Positions 56,218-56,732 of a stretch of DNA of 56,732 nt are shown here, piece by piece. The notes under the pieces were generated by a model. The model saw only the letters and a program-made list of their open reading frames with translations, was not told the origin of the DNA and did not search any database. Numbering within the stretch: position 1 is the stretch's first letter; the number at the start of each line of letters is the position of its first letter. The position numbers and the translations under genes were made by a program. The stretch comes from an uncultured Candidatus Saccharibacteria bacterium (GTDB lineage Bacteria; Patescibacteriota; Saccharimonadia; Saccharimonadales; CAIOMD01), in assembly GCA_964566075.1 (NCBI GenBank), contig CAZMHJ010000002.1, forward strand, positions 1 to 56,732. The letters are read 5' to 3'.

Positions 56218-56732
56218 CGTGCGCCCAAGGGAGATGTGTTGAAAGAGAAAGCGTGGTGCCAACCACGCCAACTCATCGCGAATCGGGTAACTCGGCGACT
56301 TATGCCGTAATCCCAAGGGTGGCCCAATGTTAAGCTACAACCCGGGCCAAGCTACAGAGGGACGGTACGGATCCAGGCGTTGCAACGTCAGGCCGTAATC
56401 GCTAGGTTGATTGAGTGGGGTTTGCCAAGGCAACGGTGAACCCGTACGACACTTTCAGTCACTGGTTTCAAAACTCGTCCAAACAGGGTTCGACCCCTGT
56501 GGTAGTTACATTACAATATTTTGTGATTAGACTGCCAGAAGTCGCTGTGCTGTTCGCGACAGCTACACCCGGGTAGCCCCGGAGCCCTCGTGCATTAGTA
56601 GGTCATGCCTCCCGGCGCCGAACATGTTCGCAGCGAGCTTCGGGGCCCCGGGCCCCACCGAAAGCCCCGCAATACTGCGGCGAGTTCTACCAAGAACAGC
56701 CCACTATTCCGGGGCTCTTTTCATGCCAAAAA
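56218..56732 (+). mobile_element. probable group II intron, 5' portion (domains I-III), truncated by the window end
   Basis: It starts GTGCGCCCA (the GUGYG 5' consensus). It is G+C-rich and helix-rich, with no ORF of 60 aa or more after 56333. The short strings AATCGGGTA (56281), CAATGTTAA (56325) and GGTACGGA (56364) occur in the same order as in the Ll.LtrB intron as I recall it. Confidence 0.5.

Noticed and set aside
56094-56333. ORFs 56094-56333 (+) and 56109-56327 (-) as protein-coding genes.
   Set aside because: Neither has an RBS. They are mutually overlapping, repeat-driven in sequence (SKSKVQVCSLSLSPKS) and span the AGTC array and the putative ribozyme start. They are most likely artefacts of G+C-rich non-coding DNA.
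56480-56520. tRNA-like or tmRNA T-arm (ACAGGG-TTCGAC-CCCTGT).
   Set aside because: The loop is 6 nt rather than the canonical 7-nt T-loop. No acceptor stem or CCA follows, and no 5' GGGG partner or tag reading frame was found.
56100-56732. RNase P RNA. ACCCGGGTAGCC at ~56567 resembles the E. coli M1 segment ACCCGGGUAGGC, and AAAGTCC at ~56154 resembles the CR-I GAAAGUCC.
   Set aside because: The P4 partner ACAGAAnCCGGCUUA and the GGUAAGGGUGAAAGGGUG block are both missing. The element would be over 580 nt, against ~350-400 nt for bacterial RNase P. The GUGCG start and LtrB-like strings fit a group II intron better.
1-56732. CRISPR arrays, rRNA genes, transposase/integrase genes and classical defence or toxin-antitoxin operons.
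   Set aside because: No regularly spaced direct repeats with unique spacers were seen. There are no rRNA signature sequences and no DDE, tyrosine- or serine-recombinase motifs in any ORF. The only tandem repeats are coding PT/PAPE linkers and the AGTC array.

Overview
The window reads as a chromosomal segment from a small-genome bacterium of moderate to low G+C. It is dominated by plus-strand operons with 1-14 nt gene overlaps. Recognisable housekeeping genes are xth, gltX, pyrD, rarA, der, pth, an ABC-F ATPase, dprA, topA and a pseudouridine synthase. They are interleaved with many envelope or secreted proteins: a sortase, PEGA-type proteins, DUF3048/DUF2207-like proteins, a CPBP protease, ClC, CorA, a MacB-type ABC pair and PT-linker surface enzymes. 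There are also two histidine-kinase/receiver pairs whose receivers have no DNA-binding output, and two tRNAs, Leu-CAA and Glu-CUC. The gene content suggests a Saccharibacteria/Patescibacteria-like or similarly reduced Gram-positive-type lineage, but that is inference only. I saw no CRISPR array, no rRNA, no transposase or integrase ORF and no obvious defence island. The items most worth a second look are non-coding or compositional. (1) The last ~515 nt (56218 to the window end) are G+C-rich and ORF-free and begin with GUGCG, so they look like the 5' half of a group II intron. A near-consensus promoter and an odd 6-7 nt periodic AGTC array lie just upstream. (2) Two further short G+C-rich islets carry micro-ORFs: 44.8-45.1 kb, and 53.3-53.7 kb between dprA and topA. 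(3) Two densely helical ORF-free regions lie at 52.04-52.37 kb and 38.11-38.24 kb. (4) There are recurring sequence modules: a duplicated 5'UTR plus leader cassette, a shared N-terminal export leader, a shared C-terminal PT-linker/PEGA-like/TM anchor, and an ACCTCTGTTA box. (5) A receiver domain is fused to a ~360-aa Pro/Ala/Val/Glu repeat tail. (6) A class-2-type DHODH carries Cys where the catalytic Ser is expected. All family assignments come from motif recognition by eye; no searches were run.
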